Assembly: GCA_001662655.1 (NCBI GenBank)
Contig: KV460286.1
From: Pseudogymnoascus verrucosus
Taxonomy: Eukaryota
Length of the DNA: 34,666 bases
Strand: one strand, 5' to 3'
Both the position numbers and the translations under genes were made by a program. The notes under the pieces are model-generated. The model worked only from the letters and a program-made list of their open reading frames with translations, ran no database searches and was not told where the DNA came from. Shown piece after piece: positions 1-13,400 of this stretch; position 1 is the stretch's first letter; every line of letters starts with the position of its first letter.

Positions 1-313
1 AAACAGTGTTGCAAAGATGCTGAAAATTAAAGCAACAAGTAACTTATAAGAAGTGTGAGGCTTCATACTATAGGATCTACTCGATAACAGCGTAGGGAGA
101 GATAGTTGTTATCAGGCTTAGCTAGGAATTAAATGAAAATGGCTCTGATTATAGATATATCTCAGTTGCTTACTATTTGAACCGCCGAGCTCTTAGCATC
201 AGGCCGATTAAATAATATATCAACGTGTTTCGCAGCCTCTTGGAGTAATATGTATAACAATTAATTAACCCTTTTCAAGCCATCCTATCTAGTTGGTGCA
301 AGGTAACTAAATA

Positions 314-1318
314 CTACACGGTAACGGCCTGTGGGTTCTGCTTCAGTCTCTCCAGTTCAAGTTTCTTCATTCTCTCTTGATTCTTCAGACGCTCTGGAAT
401 AACTGCTTCCCTGGGACCCGTAGCTTTCCATCCTTCCAGTTTATCCTTCCCAAGGGATCGCAGGGTCTTCAGCTCAACCAGGCTGTAATCCTTGGGATTT
501 TCCCTGTCAAAGTTGAAGTGCTCCTTCAGCGAAACTGGGGGATTCGTAATCATACGCGGTATGCGTAAACTGTTCCGCGATGCCGAGTGCACCATAAGTG
601 GATGCATCAGTACCACGTCACCAATCGACCCAGTCATCTCGCGGAAATCGTCGCACTGATTCACAACTTCGGAATACCAGCCAAGGTCATTATGTTTTGG
701 CTCCTCGCCTCGGGGTACCATTCGAGGTGAAACTCCATCAGGATGAGTGTACTGGACATGCGATCAGCCTTCTGAGCCGGCCTGCAAATGAAAATCAATC
801 CTTACCAAGTGGTTTGCGATCAGAGGAATCGCATCGGGACATATCATAGTTCCACCGCCGTTATCCTTGATGTCCGTGAAGAGAGGAATGACAAGCAGCC
901 CCTGTTCTTTGGAATCCAGGTAATGCACGAAGAAATCACCGTCGACATGCCAGCCATCGAGCTCCTTGGGATGGGGGAACTTCCCCTCCCACTCGGGTGT
1001 GCCTAGGTTAACAATAAGGCCATCGCCCCAATCTGCGGACCCCTCCGCAATTCGGTCTTCCCCACCCAGTAGCTCACACATAGCATTCCATGCCTTAGGT
1101 GCAAAAGTTTGGACGCCTTCTGTCCTATGCATGGGCATGTTGATGCGTTCGGTAGTCCAGGTTGACTTGTCGTTTGGATCCATGCCGAGTCGCTGCCATA
1201 CGGTCTCGGTCCAGTCCTGAGCTTTCTCAACGGAGAAGCAGTTTTCCAGGCGGAGGAAGCCATATTTCATAAAGTTCTCCACTTGCTCCTTGGTAAGATG
1301 CTTGTATTCGCGGTCCAT
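314..1318 (-). CDS. Phytanoyl-CoA dioxygenase (PhyH)-like Fe(II)/2-oxoglutarate dioxygenase, 316 aa, 2 exons (1318-806, 751-314)
   Basis: ATG at 1318 (MDREYKHLT...). A 54-nt intron at 805-752 (GTAAGG...GCTGAT...CAG) joins ...IANHL to YTHPDGVSPRMVPRG... in frame. Shows the PhyH-type start LTKEQVENFMKYGFLRL, the HxD motif WHVDGDF, GGTM, and a distal His in GDVVLMHPLMVHSAS. TATA-like TATATATA lies near 1425. Confidence 0.85.
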
Positions 1319-1733
1319 ATTGTTCTTGTGTTTGTTTGGTTTCGGTTTGAGTGAGTCCAATTCTATTCTACTGATCAACGATGCCAGCGGTGAAGTTGAA
1401 CACAAGTATTAAGCCAATAAGACCTATATATACCACAGGGCCAGAAACCACATCTTGACCCAGCCATTCATGTCTTCATGGCGCTAGTATAACCCGAGGC
1501 GAGTTATTTAGCCTGAATATTATCAACGAACTAAAAGCGCCTTCATACGTCCGATGCGAGAGGGGGCATTACAAATGCCACAGCCATGGGATTGGAAGTC
1601 TACGGTAAGTATGACAAATATATGGTGTCGACGGTGCGAACCATCATTATATTTAGCCAGAATATATCAGAGGGGGCGTATGAACGGGATCGAGAAACGA
1701 CTCCCATCAAAAGGCTTTCTCGTACTGAGATGA

Positions 1734-1754
1734 GGGGTGCGGGGTGCGGGGTAC
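1734..1754. promoter_or_regulatory. Tandem GGGGTRC x3 containing two SYGGRG (CreA/Mig1-type) consensus matches
   Basis: GGGGTGC GGGGTGC GGGGTAC, with GCGGGG at 1739 and 1746, about 420 bp upstream of the dioxygenase ATG. Consensus match only. Confidence 0.3.
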
Positions 1755-3417
1755 GGCAGAGGCCCACATCCAGTATCCCGGGAATAAACTTGGGGTAAGA
1801 AGCGTCATCAGTGAGCCTGAGGTGGTAGTCCTAGATAACTCCGTAATTGTATTTTTGCTCCGTATTGGGTCGTACAATCCCGAGAATTCTATAAACTCTC
1901 GACAAAGAAGCCGAGAATGTGGTGCAGACTCAAGTATTCGTGTGAAGTTTGTCTCGTGCTGAACTCTGACTTAACTTCCACCCCATGCCCTGAGTTTGTT
2001 TCCGCGTTTTCCGCAATGATGCTAAAGATCAATTAGCATCGCCGTACAAATGACAGTTGAAGGTGAAAGGGGATAGGATGTCGCTAGCAGAGTGAAGAGG
2101 TAGCATTAGAAGGGAACTTCTAACAAACGAGAGGAAAAGGAAAAAGGAATAAGGAAAAAGCCTACGCAGCCAAAAGCCCACCAGATATATGGTGCTGCTT
2201 CACAGATTGATCACATTCCAGTGGCAGTGATCCATATGATGGAGCACAGGCTTTGTGCTGTAATATAGATGACTTTACATGTTTAATGAAGATGGCCGCA
2301 CAGGAAGGGCCAATATGACTTATCGAGATAAACTGGTACACTGCGCCTGAGGAATGTTAGGAGTGGCAGGTCAAGGTGTTTATATAGTTCAACTAGGGGT
2401 GCTCATATGGTTCTATAATATCGGAATAAATATTTCTCATTTGAAAAACAATGTAATAAATAATAAATAATAAAATAAAATGGAACGAAAGATTACATCT
2501 TACGGCATATACTAACCCCCACACCAAGCAACTGCCGTTCCAATTACCAAAAGCAATAGAAACAGACGGTGATACCTCAGTTGTGAGGTTTTATGCTGTA
2601 AAATGGTCTGCTGCATCCCATCACGACATCTCACCCAGGAACGGCGCAATCGCGAAATGCGGCAAGCGACCAACGACAATCCCCTATCACAGACCCACCC
2701 AGAATGAACATCATCGCACTTGCCGCAACTGTGCTGCATCATGCAACTCGCAACCTCCTTCTCCACTGCACTCATATTATAGTATCATACTATACTGTAG
2801 TAAGCACCTTCCCACGATAATAAAAGATGCATTTTGCTCGATACTAGGCACATACATACAAGTACTGATTGCCGCTGTATTATTGTGGCGCTGCACCCCC
2901 CTTTCATCCGCGCAATGAGCTCTTATTATCTGGTAACCGCGGCGTTCGGGTTCGTTCCCATCCATCTCGGTGGCTTGTCGATGTGTTCTAGATGGGACAG
3001 GGGGGAGATGAGTAGCGATGGCGTGAGATGGTAAATGACTATCGTCATGATAGTCCCGCACTTTACAACTGAGAGCTGGGCGAATAGGCAACTACTAGAC
3101 ATGTCACCACCATTGTTGAAACACTGGGACAGCGGGGCCACGACGATAACGTGGGGTGAAGCTGGGACATATGCAGTCCATGTAACTACCCCACATCTAT
3201 GCACCGCTTGTTAAAGCTGTCCGTTTCCCAATATATTTTTTTTTCTTTATTATTTTGAAGCTCTAAGTTGCTGTTCGGAGCCCAGAGTACGTGTTGATGC
3301 CATTCTTTGCATCAATTCCTCATATCAAACCCTGAGTTCTCACATTATCGAGACCTCAAACTATACTGGGCAAAGTAGAGTTCTTGTGAGCCAGCACCAC
3401 AGGCGTGGATCATATCG

Positions 3418-5038
3418 ATGGCATCCCAAATCGTGGACGGCGGCCTCATCTCCGACGAGAAGGTAGCGTTGGAAAATGAGAAAGAGAAGCTTGAAGTCTT
3501 GGAAAAACCCAGCCCGCCCCTCACTACTTCATCATCATCCATATCCGATGGAGAAGAAATCAGTGAGAAAGCAATCCTACGAAAGCTTGATTACAAGCTC
3601 CTTCCGCCGTTGACGCTGTTGTATCTTCTCTCCTTCCTTGATCGAAGCAATGGTATGATACCCGTTCTCCGAGTCTATCCATAGGGAGGTTCTAACAAGA
3701 CCACCAGTCGGGAATGCGAAACTTGAAGGCCTTGCAGCAGACATGAACTTTACCGATACCCAATACCTGAGCACGCTCACCATCTACTTCATCGGATATG
3801 TCATCTTCGAAGTGCCGGCCAACATAGTTCTTAAAAAGACGACGCCACAGTTTTGGCTGCCGACTACCATGGTAGCGTGGGGGATTGTCGCGACTCTCCT
3901 GGGTGTCTGCAAGAATTTTAATGGATTCCTCGTTGCACGCTTTTTCCTCGGGGCCACGGAGAGTGGATTGTTTCCTGGTGTGGTATTTTATTTATCCATG
4001 TGGTATAAGCGCTCAGAAACGACATACCGCGTGGCCCTCTTTTTTTCAGCAGCAAGTCTAGCAGGGGCCTTTGGCGGGATTTTGGCATTTGGGATTGCTC
4101 ACATGAGAGGAATTGCTGGGTTGAATGGATGGAGCTGGATCTTCATTTTGGTAAGATACTGCTCCTGTTGGCCCCGAACGTAAATGCAGAGCACTAATAT
4201 TCTACAGGAGGGCATCCTAACTGTTGTCGTTGCCTTTGCCGCTTATGGGTTCATCCATAACTATCCCAAAACCGCCAAGTTTCTCACCGAGCCTGAGCGG
4301 GAATTCGTCCAGGCCCGCTTGAAGGCTGATAACGATGCAACCAACCATGAGCCATTCTCCTGGCCATCTGTGCTCCGTGCGGTCAAAGATCCAAAGTGCT
4401 GGCTGTACGGCCTCGCCTTCCACACTCTTAGTCTGCCACTCTATACACTCTCACTATTCCTCCCAACCATCATCAAAGCACTCGGCTACACAGCTGCGCA
4501 GGCACAACTAATGTCGGTCCCACCGTATGCCGTCGCCACTGTCCTTACTGTCCTCGTCGCAGTCGCATCCGAGAAGGCCAAGCGTCGTGCTCCGTTTATT
4601 ATCGGGTCCTCTATCGTTGCTATTATTGGGTACATCATCCTTCTCTCCGCTCCCTCCAACAAACCAGGGGTCAGCTACGTTGGCACTATATTCGCTGCCG
4701 CTGGTATCTACCCCGCAACCGGAATTGTTCTCGCCTGGCCTGCGAACAATGTCTCAGGGCAGACGAAGCGTGCAACGGCCAATGCGATGCAGATTTCGAT
4801 CGGGAACTTGGGGGCAGTGCTTGGGACCCAGCTGTATCGACCGAGCACCAAGCCGCGATACTACCTTGGGCATGGGTTTGCGGCAGGGTATTTGCTGGCG
4901 AATATTCTGGTGGTGCTGACGATCTGGGCCGTACTTGCGCGGGAAAACAGGAGGAAGCTGGAGTCGGAGAGGTCGGCGGTGGTGGATGAGAGTCCGATTG
5001 AGAACGACGATGATGTGAGATGGATCTTTCAGGTTTAA
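3418..5038 (+). CDS. MFS transporter, anion:cation symporter / allantoate permease (Dal5/Tna1-like) family, 502 aa, 3 exons (3418-3652, 3708-4150, 4208-5038)
   Basis: Introns 3653-3707 (GTATGA...CTAAC...CAG) and 4151-4207 (GTAAGA...CTAAT...CAG) restore the family motifs RKLDYKLLP..LSFLDRSNVGNAK, EVPAN, RFFLGATESGLFPG, WSWIFILEG and LSLFLPTII..LGY...AQLMSVPPY. About 12 hydrophobic segments. Confidence 0.93.
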
Positions 5039-5461
5039 TTAGCTTGATGTGAAGATGGGTTTGGGGGAGCTAGTCCCCCCCTATACGAGTAGTAGTAGAT
5101 ATTATACACTTGAACCAGCACCCTGGGGACATCTCTTTCTAGGAACATCGAATATCTTTATGGTTAGATAACCTATTTCTGTCTATTGATCCATTCTCGA
5201 GCAAGCCACTCATCAATCAATGTATGTAAATAAATCATCTGTAATGAAATTAATTATTAACACGAGCCTGATAGCATCGTTTCAATATATATTGGAGGCT
5301 AGATACATGGGACGAGTGTAGCCCATTAAGTTCAATACATAGTTGATGTAAAATAAACAGTTATAAACGGCCCCGTGTATTCCACCCAATCACCCAAGAA
5401 ACACTTCAATTCCGAAACCGATCTCCAGGCCCATCCGATGATGTGATCTTCTCCAATTACA

Positions 5462-6788
5462 TCATGCCTGCTGTCCGGGTTGTCGCTCGCGGATAACGCG
5501 CTTTACTGCCTTTCGCTTTGCGGTACCCAGACCTTCGACTCCGAGCTCTTGGTTCTTTCCGAGCCACGGCTTCTTGCTGTCTCCCAACATAGACCCGGCA
5601 AGGAAGTAGACCATCAGACCAATGATAATAAGCACAAATGCGATTGGGTACAGAAAGTGTATCGTGTATCCGAAAACATGAATGCCGATAATCGTGCCCC
5701 AGAAATTTCCGGTGAGCAGCGAGATGTCGAAAAACGCCGCACTTGCCATTCGGAGGATGATAGGCGCCAACGAATAGAATATCGAGAGAGCCAACGTGTA
5801 TCCAACCAGATATCCCGCCACGGCACCATTCCAGGTTGCATCGTGGAAGGATGTTCGGTCAAAGATCGCCGCTTGGACGCCATTTATCAGAATACCAAAA
5901 ATGCCGAGCATTCCCAGTACCTCATACATTGGACGCCGACTGACGAACCACTCTTCGAAGACATTGCTTAAACCATATAATGTGGCGCCCAGCAAGCCAA
6001 ATAGATCTCCTTTGAGCTGATCTACACCTTGACCACCATTGGTACCTTGGAGATGATCAGATGCAAGTAGTAAACCCATGCCGCCGCAGCATACGAGGAT
6101 ACCAGCAATCTGGGCCCACTTGTAGCGTACTTTGAGGAAACAGAAAGACAAGATGACCACACAGACGATAGACCAGAAGTTTAGTAGCTGCGCCGAGAGA
6201 AGCGTTGTGTATCGGTAAGCAAGCACGGTGAAATAGTTTCCCTCCACATCAAAAAATGACAGGATGAAGTATTTCCACCCATCGACAAGAAGGAGCTTGA
6301 AATATTTCTTAAAACCGTAGGTATAGATGGTGTATGTCGTGTAGATCAAGGTGAGCAGCACGTAGTTGAAGAGAGTTTGGATTGCCGGAATGGAGTTGCC
6401 AGCCATCACAAGCTTCGTGGAGAAAGTGTTCGTAGCTGTGATGCATAATGCAAGGATTTGCCTGGATTATCACTCAGTATATGTCATAGATGTGGCGTGT
6501 CCATGGGCACAGTGGGTATTTAGCATACCCGAGAATTAAGACGATATAAAAGTCTCTCGTCTTTAAATAGCCAAACCAAGACTTCTCCTGGTTCTCGAGC
6601 TCGTCGATTGCACGGCCAATTTCCTCGTTCTCGGGCGTATCTGTTTCGTCGCTGTCGCTGTCATCGCGAAGAGGTTCCTCGGTTCTGGCTGCCCTGCCAT
6701 CATCTACCCGCCTGTCATCATGCCCGGCACTCCCAACTGGGCTGATGTCTATCCCAGCAGTCTCCTTTGTCATCTCAGGAGAAACCAT
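5462..6788 (-). CDS. SLC35F / DUF914-type solute carrier (DMT superfamily), 419 aa, 2 exons (6788-6529, 6461-5462)
   Basis: A 67-nt intron at 6528-6462 (GTATGC...CAG) gives ...IVLILGQILALCITATNTFS.... Family motifs include Q.LFNYVLL, DVEGNYFTVLAYRYTTLLSAQLL, KGDL..LLGATLYGLSNVFEE and SAAFFDISLLT. Acidic N-terminal tail, multiple TM helices. Confidence 0.9.
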
Positions 6789-8395
6789 AACGCCGTTTCC
6801 CGTCTATTCGAGCCACCTAAAATATCAATATAAATAGTTTCCCTGTCGAGGCTACTGGAAATGAAATGCGCTCGCTCGTCTCGAGGTTGCATACACTCAA
6901 AAAAGCGCAATGTAATAGGGTATAGGATGGCTGAAGGGGGCCCGCACGAGTCTTTCTAGCTCTCCTAGTGAACGCAAAGACTCCAAGTCGTTCACAGATA
7001 TGTCTTGTCTGTTAGCTAGATTAAAGCAGAGGCAAAGGCATTGGCTGTATTTCGGCACCGATTAATGAATTATACGGTTGAGGGCTACTCTTGACGTGAA
7101 AAAAAGGGTGTTTGCAACGAATTTTTTGGATTGGCTGACACTTACCTAATTGGGTTTGCGATGGCTTGGTCTAACTCTTATAAGTTTAAGAGACAAGCAC
7201 GTGGGTGGGGGGCAGAGTGGGATGTAATCAAGATGTGATAAGATAAGATGGAGAGTTCGCATTGGATTGTGGGAAACGTCAGTGAGATGTGATCTTAGGT
7301 AAGCGACTGGCCACTCACAACCGCTGTCTCACGCATTTCCAATCCCCAAGCTTTCCGACAATCCGCTCCCGCCAAGTCAACCAACTTCACTTTCGCATAA
7401 AGGTTATTATAGAGTGTCCCAATCCTGCATATTGGATGAACACCCACTATCGAGATCACTACCGCCCTCTGGCCCCATTGGCGAGTTCCCTTAGATGCAT
7501 GCGGGGGAGTGTAACGTTTGATCCTTCGAGCATTCTCATTGCTCTAGCTTGGACCCTTCAATTAGCACTAACAGTTAAACATAGAGCCGACTGCGCCCTG
7601 ACCCTTCCTTCGGCCTTAATTGACGATGATGAGGATGTTGGAACTGTCCGTTAATTTAAACTATGGTCTAGTCTCGGGAATCGCTATATGTTTCACCCGA
7701 ATCGGTCCGCCGTAGCGCCGAGAGCTTCCTTACGTGGGAGAAGGGGCCTTGTCGGGTTTGAGTTGAGGAGGATTCCCCCCCAGTATTCCCTTGTGTAGCC
7801 TGTTGGAACGCACCTTAAAAAGTACTGCCGAACCCTAATCGGCCCTCGACCGTGCGCTACTGCAGGAACCCCAACCATCCCCCTTCCTTTGTCAAAATGC
7901 AACTATAACATACGCAAACCCCAGATATAGTCCGCACGTGGGTCGTTACACATACCTAACTTTTCAATTAGCTTCTCTAATACCCTGGAAGCGCCTATTA
8001 TAGGCGCGTTTACTGACACCTGCTAGATATTTTAGGATTGGCATCCTGGATAGCTTCATACTTCTCATGCCACCCGCTCGCCTTGGCCTGCACATAATCT
8101 TGCTCACCAAGCAATTAATTACTTTTGCGTGTTATAGTTACCAGTCTGTTAGCTTCAGGCGTTTTATAGCAATGGTACGTTAGCTTAGGAACGTAACAGG
8201 AGGGAGCAAGGGTGAGAATGACACGCTCGTCCTTTCTGATCATGAGGTTGTGATATATAAAACGATGGATATTCCCACAGATCATATTGTTCGTGCTCCT
8301 CGTCAGACATTGCATCCATCCATTCCTTCATTGAACTGGGCTTTCTATTATAGGTATCTGCCTACCTATTCACTCCTTTTCAACCCACACCCGTC

Positions 8396-9706
8396 ATGCA
8401 TTCTGTTACGGCATTGGTTGCCCTTGCGGCTGGCCTTATCGGCCAATCTCTAGCCATGCCTCTCATTGTTCATCCCGGAAATGCTCATGATATTATCATC
8501 ATCCCGGAGGAGATACATGATGGAATCCTCGTTGGAGGGACGGCTGCCGAAGGGGACGGACAGTCCACGTCCAACCCCCAGCTAGGTCTGGTTTTGCAAA
8601 ACAACTATGGTGCCGCTCCAATCAACGTGTATATCACCGGTCAAGATTCAAGCGGTGGCATCGTTTTTGTCCTTCCCGATGGAACGTTCTATTATCCACC
8701 AAGCACGACGTCTACGACCCCAGTGTTAATTACTGAAAACGTTGCTGTCCCTCTCGGTGGCAAAGGAAGCGCAACTTCTCTGTCCTTCCCGGATTATATC
8801 TCGTCTGGTCGCATCTGGGTCGCCGCGGGGGACCTGAAGTTCTACATTGTTGACGCCGGTGGCAGGGCGGGGCTTGTTGAACCGTCGTCAACCAACCCCA
8901 CCGACCCTAGCGCCGGTAGCGATTGGGGATTTGTCGAATTGACGAATAATGCCGGTGGTATCTATGCCGATGTCAGCTTTGTTGACTTTGTTGGAATGCC
9001 TCTGGGTCTCTCACTGAAGTCTCGGGACGGAGTCCAGACTGTTCAGGGGACATCCACAAATGCTGTGTCGGAAGTCTGTTCTGCCTTGCAAGCACAGGCG
9101 GCTATCGATGGTGCGCCGTGGGATGCGCTCTGTGTGAAAGATGCGTCTGGAAAACTTTTGCGTGTCATGGCACCTGCCGATTATATCACCCTGGATAACG
9201 GAGCGTTCAGTAATTACTGGACCGACTACGTCAACCAAGTCTGGGACCACTATACTTCCAACACGCTGACCATCGATACTCAAACCTCGAACGGGAAGGT
9301 TGCCTGCAGAGTGGTCGGCGATGAGTTAAAATGCGAGGGAGACAACCGTGGCTACGCTAAGCCTGGTCCTGTTGATATCTTTGGCTGCGACCGTGGACCA
9401 TTTTCTATTGCAGAGAACGACGGTGATATCCACAGAGCTGTTGTTCCAAGGCTGTGTGCAGCCTTTGTCCGTTCGACTTTGCTCATTCCCGGAGGAGATG
9501 TGCAGCCAAGTCTGAGCTCGGAGAACTACTATACGGTGTCTCCTACCAACTATTACAGCAAATTTGTCCACGAGCACGAACTTGATGGATTGGGATACGC
9601 GTTTGCGTATGATGATGTTGCGGCCGATGGACAGCCCAGCGCGGCCGGGTTGGTGAACAACCCGAACCCCGAGGTCTTGACCGTTATTATCGGTGGTCCT
9701 GCATAG
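8396..9706 (+). CDS. Secreted endo-beta-1,3-glucanase, glycoside hydrolase family 64, 436 aa, intronless
   Basis: Signal peptide MHSVTALVALAAGLIGQSLA. GH64 motifs SGRIW, EPS..NP.DP....WGFVELT, SFVDFVGMP, RLCAAFVRSTL and TNYYSKFVH......GYAFAYDDV. Confidence 0.92.
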   Translation: MHSVTALVALAAGLIGQSLAMPLIVHPGNAHDIIIIPEEIHDGILVGGTAAEGDGQSTSNPQLGLVLQNNYGAAPINVYITGQDSSGGIVFVLPDGTFYYPPSTTSTTPVLITENVAVPLGGKGSATSLSFPDYISSGRIWVAAGDLKFYIVDAGGRAGLVEPSSTNPTDPSAGSDWGFVELTNNAGGIYADVSFVDFVGMPLGLSLKSRDGVQTVQGTSTNAVSEVCSALQAQAAIDGAPWDALCVKDASGKLLRVMAPADYITLDNGAFSNYWTDYVNQVWDHYTSNTLTIDTQTSNGKVACRVVGDELKCEGDNRGYAKPGPVDIFGCDRGPFSIAENDGDIHRAVVPRLCAAFVRSTLLIPGGDVQPSLSSENYYTVSPTNYYSKFVHEHELDGLGYAFAYDDVAADGQPSAAGLVNNPNPEVLTVIIGGPA

Positions 9707-10474
9707 TGATCTTGAGCTGTGGTCGATTTCTCCTGTCCATATATGCCGCCATTTTTTGTATATATTCAATGCCTGTCATCTGCAAATATTTTGTCTTTGT
9801 GTTTGGCTTTTCGTTGTTGGGTTGGCCAGAGTACAGGTCATAGACATATTCTCATATTTGCCAACTACATAATCTGCCACCTAAATTCGCCATATAAATG
9901 ACTCATTACCTTAAAGTATGGTTCAATTTATGCCTGTCAGCTCAGAAATATCATATAATAGTGATTGCAACAACGACTGCGTGCACCACCATCATGATAG
10001 GAAAATTCTAGATAATGACTATTTTCATTGCGAATAACGGTAGTTATGGTACGACCTGAGGGTCTCTCATATGCCACCATAGACTCTAGATAATTAGGCA
10101 TCCGACCGCCCTGCCATATACAGTGTATGGCCCCCCAAAGTGATAAATACGAGAAGTGAGAAAGCCACAATTAGGCCTAACGCGGTAGTGATCTCAGGAG
10201 TAATGAGGTAGAGTCTCACCTACGGCCCTAGGCAAAGAAGCCACGCGCAAGGGCCTTGACATGGGCATCCGTAATGAGGCGTTGTACTCTGCCACTTTAC
10301 TTCTATGTGAAAGCACATATGATTTTTATGCAATGAATAGGCGCAACGCTGATTTAGCTTGCTCCACTACCAACTCTACTTATCCCCTGATAGGTGCCCA
10401 CTGTATCGTATTTCTCACCCGAGCTGGCCATACACTGTACAAGTTCAAACTTCTCATAGGCTTGCCAACTCAAT

Positions 10475-13400
10475 CTAGACCCCATCCGGGTCCAATCCTG
10501 GCATTGCTGGTAACTGTGGGTCAGTGCCAGTGGAAGGGCCATCCCCCATTGCATTTCCTCCATCACATGTATTGAACCAGGTCCTAGCCTCGTTGGTGAA
10601 GGTACCAAGGACATTATGCTGGTCGGCTCGATTGTCGCCGTTGAGTTCGGGGTAATAAACACATGTCCCCGCAGCATTTCCGGTAAAGGCTTTGCCCTCG
10701 TTACTCCACAGGAACTGTGAGCCTCCTACTTCCTGGCGGCCACCGTTGTAATAGACCGTCCCGTCACCGTTGAATTTGTCTGTCCAAATTAGATCTGCCT
10801 TGCCATCTCCGTCGGCATCAGCAAATTGGAAGTTTGCCCTATCAAGACCCTCGGTATGCTTAAACTGGTCTATTACCTCCCAGCCTGAGTCACCATTTAC
10901 CCAGCCAGTGGTACGACCATCCTTTTGCATACACAGATAGTCGGCCTTCTTATTGCCCGTGACATCAGCAAAGTGAACGGGTATGTCGTGAATGCCGAGA
11001 CCGCGCTTTTCCACGCAAGATAGTTCTGTTGCTGGATTGCCGAGATACGACCAATTCCAGGCGTGGGTCTCTCCGTAGAGGTTTCTCCAGACCTCCACCT
11101 GATTGTTTTCATCAGGATTTGTCCAGATAATATCGCAAAACCCATCACCATCCCAATCGACCAGATGCAGATCTCGTCGGTCCAGATTGCGTCCGCCCGC
11201 AGTTCATGCACTGCGGGCGGACGCAATCTGAACTGCGGGGTCAAACATGGTTGCCTCTGGGCCCCAAAAACTTTGCCCATCACCAACCTCGCCCAACCCA
11301 GCGTTTGGATGGATTGTCATTTGCCCAGTTGACAAAGTCCAGACGTAATCCTCCCTGCCGCCAGAGTGGCCCATCATATTACAGTATTTATTTCCGTCGG
11401 CTATATGATGCAAGTAAGTAGGTGTTGTAGTAATGCCATAGAATGATAGTTGGGCTTCGGCAAAGGGGCTTGATTACCTTTCAACTTCGTGGATCCATAT
11501 CCAGCATTCTTCCATACCTTAACTTGAATGTCATATTTGTCGCCATTTCGTGTGTGTTCCATGTATACATAGTCATGGCGTCCCAGCAAGCCAAAGGACT
11601 CCAACTCGCCGTAGATGCGAGCAAAGTGAATCCTATCACGGATTCCCGCAACGCCCATGCCGAGATGAGTTGGTCCAGAGCTACTCCCAGAGAGGAAGCC
11701 CTGCCGCCAAGCAACATTAAGTCCGTCGCCTAGCTCCCCTTTCTGGCAGCTTCGCGAATTTGTATAGGTGTAAACTTCACCTTTGTCGCCCACCCAGATT
11801 CAGTCATCTCGGCCCTAGTCACGTTGTATTAGTTTCCTGCATTGTTACAGACAACAGTTGAGAGTCTTACATCGCCGTTTATATCCACAAACCGAACACC
11901 GTTCAAGTCACCTATGTTATTGCCAGTATTCCGGCTTGTCTTCTATTCTCGTTGATACAAGTTAGCCTTTTATTTCATATAGAAGTGCAGGAGAGAAAGA
12001 TTGTGTTATCTTACGTATTCCGCCATTTCGCCAGCAGGATATGTCGCCAGCCGCATTAGAGGCACAGTAATCGGCACGTCCATCGCCGTCTATATCAGCA
12101 AGGCGTATATTAGACTGATCATAGCCGGGCTCAGAGATCTTGATAGAACCTATAGAAGTGAATGTCGGGGAACTTCCACTTGAGGGGCCGTTGTTAATAG
12201 AAGCGAAAGCCTCCCCGTCCTTTGCGATGCAAACGAAATCGTCCAGTCCATCCCCTATGTTGTGCAATATTAGCTGCGAAACCCACCTCTCTTAATAATA
12301 ACTATATTTCGGAGTGAGCAGGGAAAACTTATTACATACCGTTAATATCCACAAAATTTACTTCTGATATTAAACAGTTGTCATGAACGGTCATGTCGTC
12401 AATTTTGGTAAACCGCGGGAAACCTCCACCATTGTTTTTATAGACGGCGTACACGACAGTGCCATCAGGCTGGTCAACCCATCCTACGAGATCATCCCGA
12501 TCCCTTGAGAATAATTTTGCAAAGAACCACTGGCCTCGATCAAAATTACTTGAGAAATCGAAGACCGAGCCCATTCCTACACTACTATGATAGTAGATAC
12601 CGTCATCCAGGCCGTTTACTTGCTGGGTGAGGCCGCCGGCAGATACCCCATCTCCTGGTTTCTTATGGCAGTCCTCATCGATTTTGGAGATGTTCGGTGG
12701 CTGTAAAAGTCCATCGTTTCTAGCTTTGTTGATGGCAGCCCACCACACGTAAGCCATTTTGGCATAACCCTGGTCATTTGGGTGGACTAGATCACCATAG
12801 TCGGTAGGATAGCTTAACCAGCCATTACCTGCTACTGGAGGGTCCATATCAGCGAGAACTATGCGCACTCCGTCTGCTTGCATATCTTTGACGAGGTTTC
12901 GGTACTGGTCGTTCACGCTACCACGGGGTGCTTCAGTATCTCCATTTGCAGACGGAATAAGTGTTGATAGTATAATTGTGGTTCTATCCCACCCAGGTTG
13001 GCCAAGAATCGTTTGTATCAAATTTTTCATGCGTGCACCGGCGTTTGGAATGTCGATATTTCCTGTGCAGTCATTTGTGCCCGCATTGATGGTAACAACA
13101 TTAGGATTGAAGTGGTAAGAATTTTCAGCAGCAACCCTGACCTAATCTATGATGTCTCCAGAGTGTGCCTCAACGTCCTATGGCTACTATTAGTGCACTG
13201 TATATCAATGTAAAGATTTCCATTACTAACATTATCTTGCATGTCGCCATTGTTTTTGCTTCCAACCATGTCAACATTCCAGCCCTTTAACCTTAATTGG
13301 TCACGTAGCGGCTTCCGATAACTATTCGGGCACCTAGTTAGTTACAAGCCGTGAAAACTGCCAGAGAAAGAGACAGCAGCTATATGAATTAAGCTCTAGA

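Noticed and set aside
1319..1405. N-terminal extension of ORF 764..1405 from a non-ATG start
   Set aside because: A fungal gene would start at the ATG at 1318; the extension lies in the probable 5' UTR just after the TATA-like element.
5480..5971. Antisense ORFs overlapping real genes (also 9326..9769, 15757..16113, 24120..24758)
   Set aside because: Shadow frames of codon-biased genes on the opposite strand.
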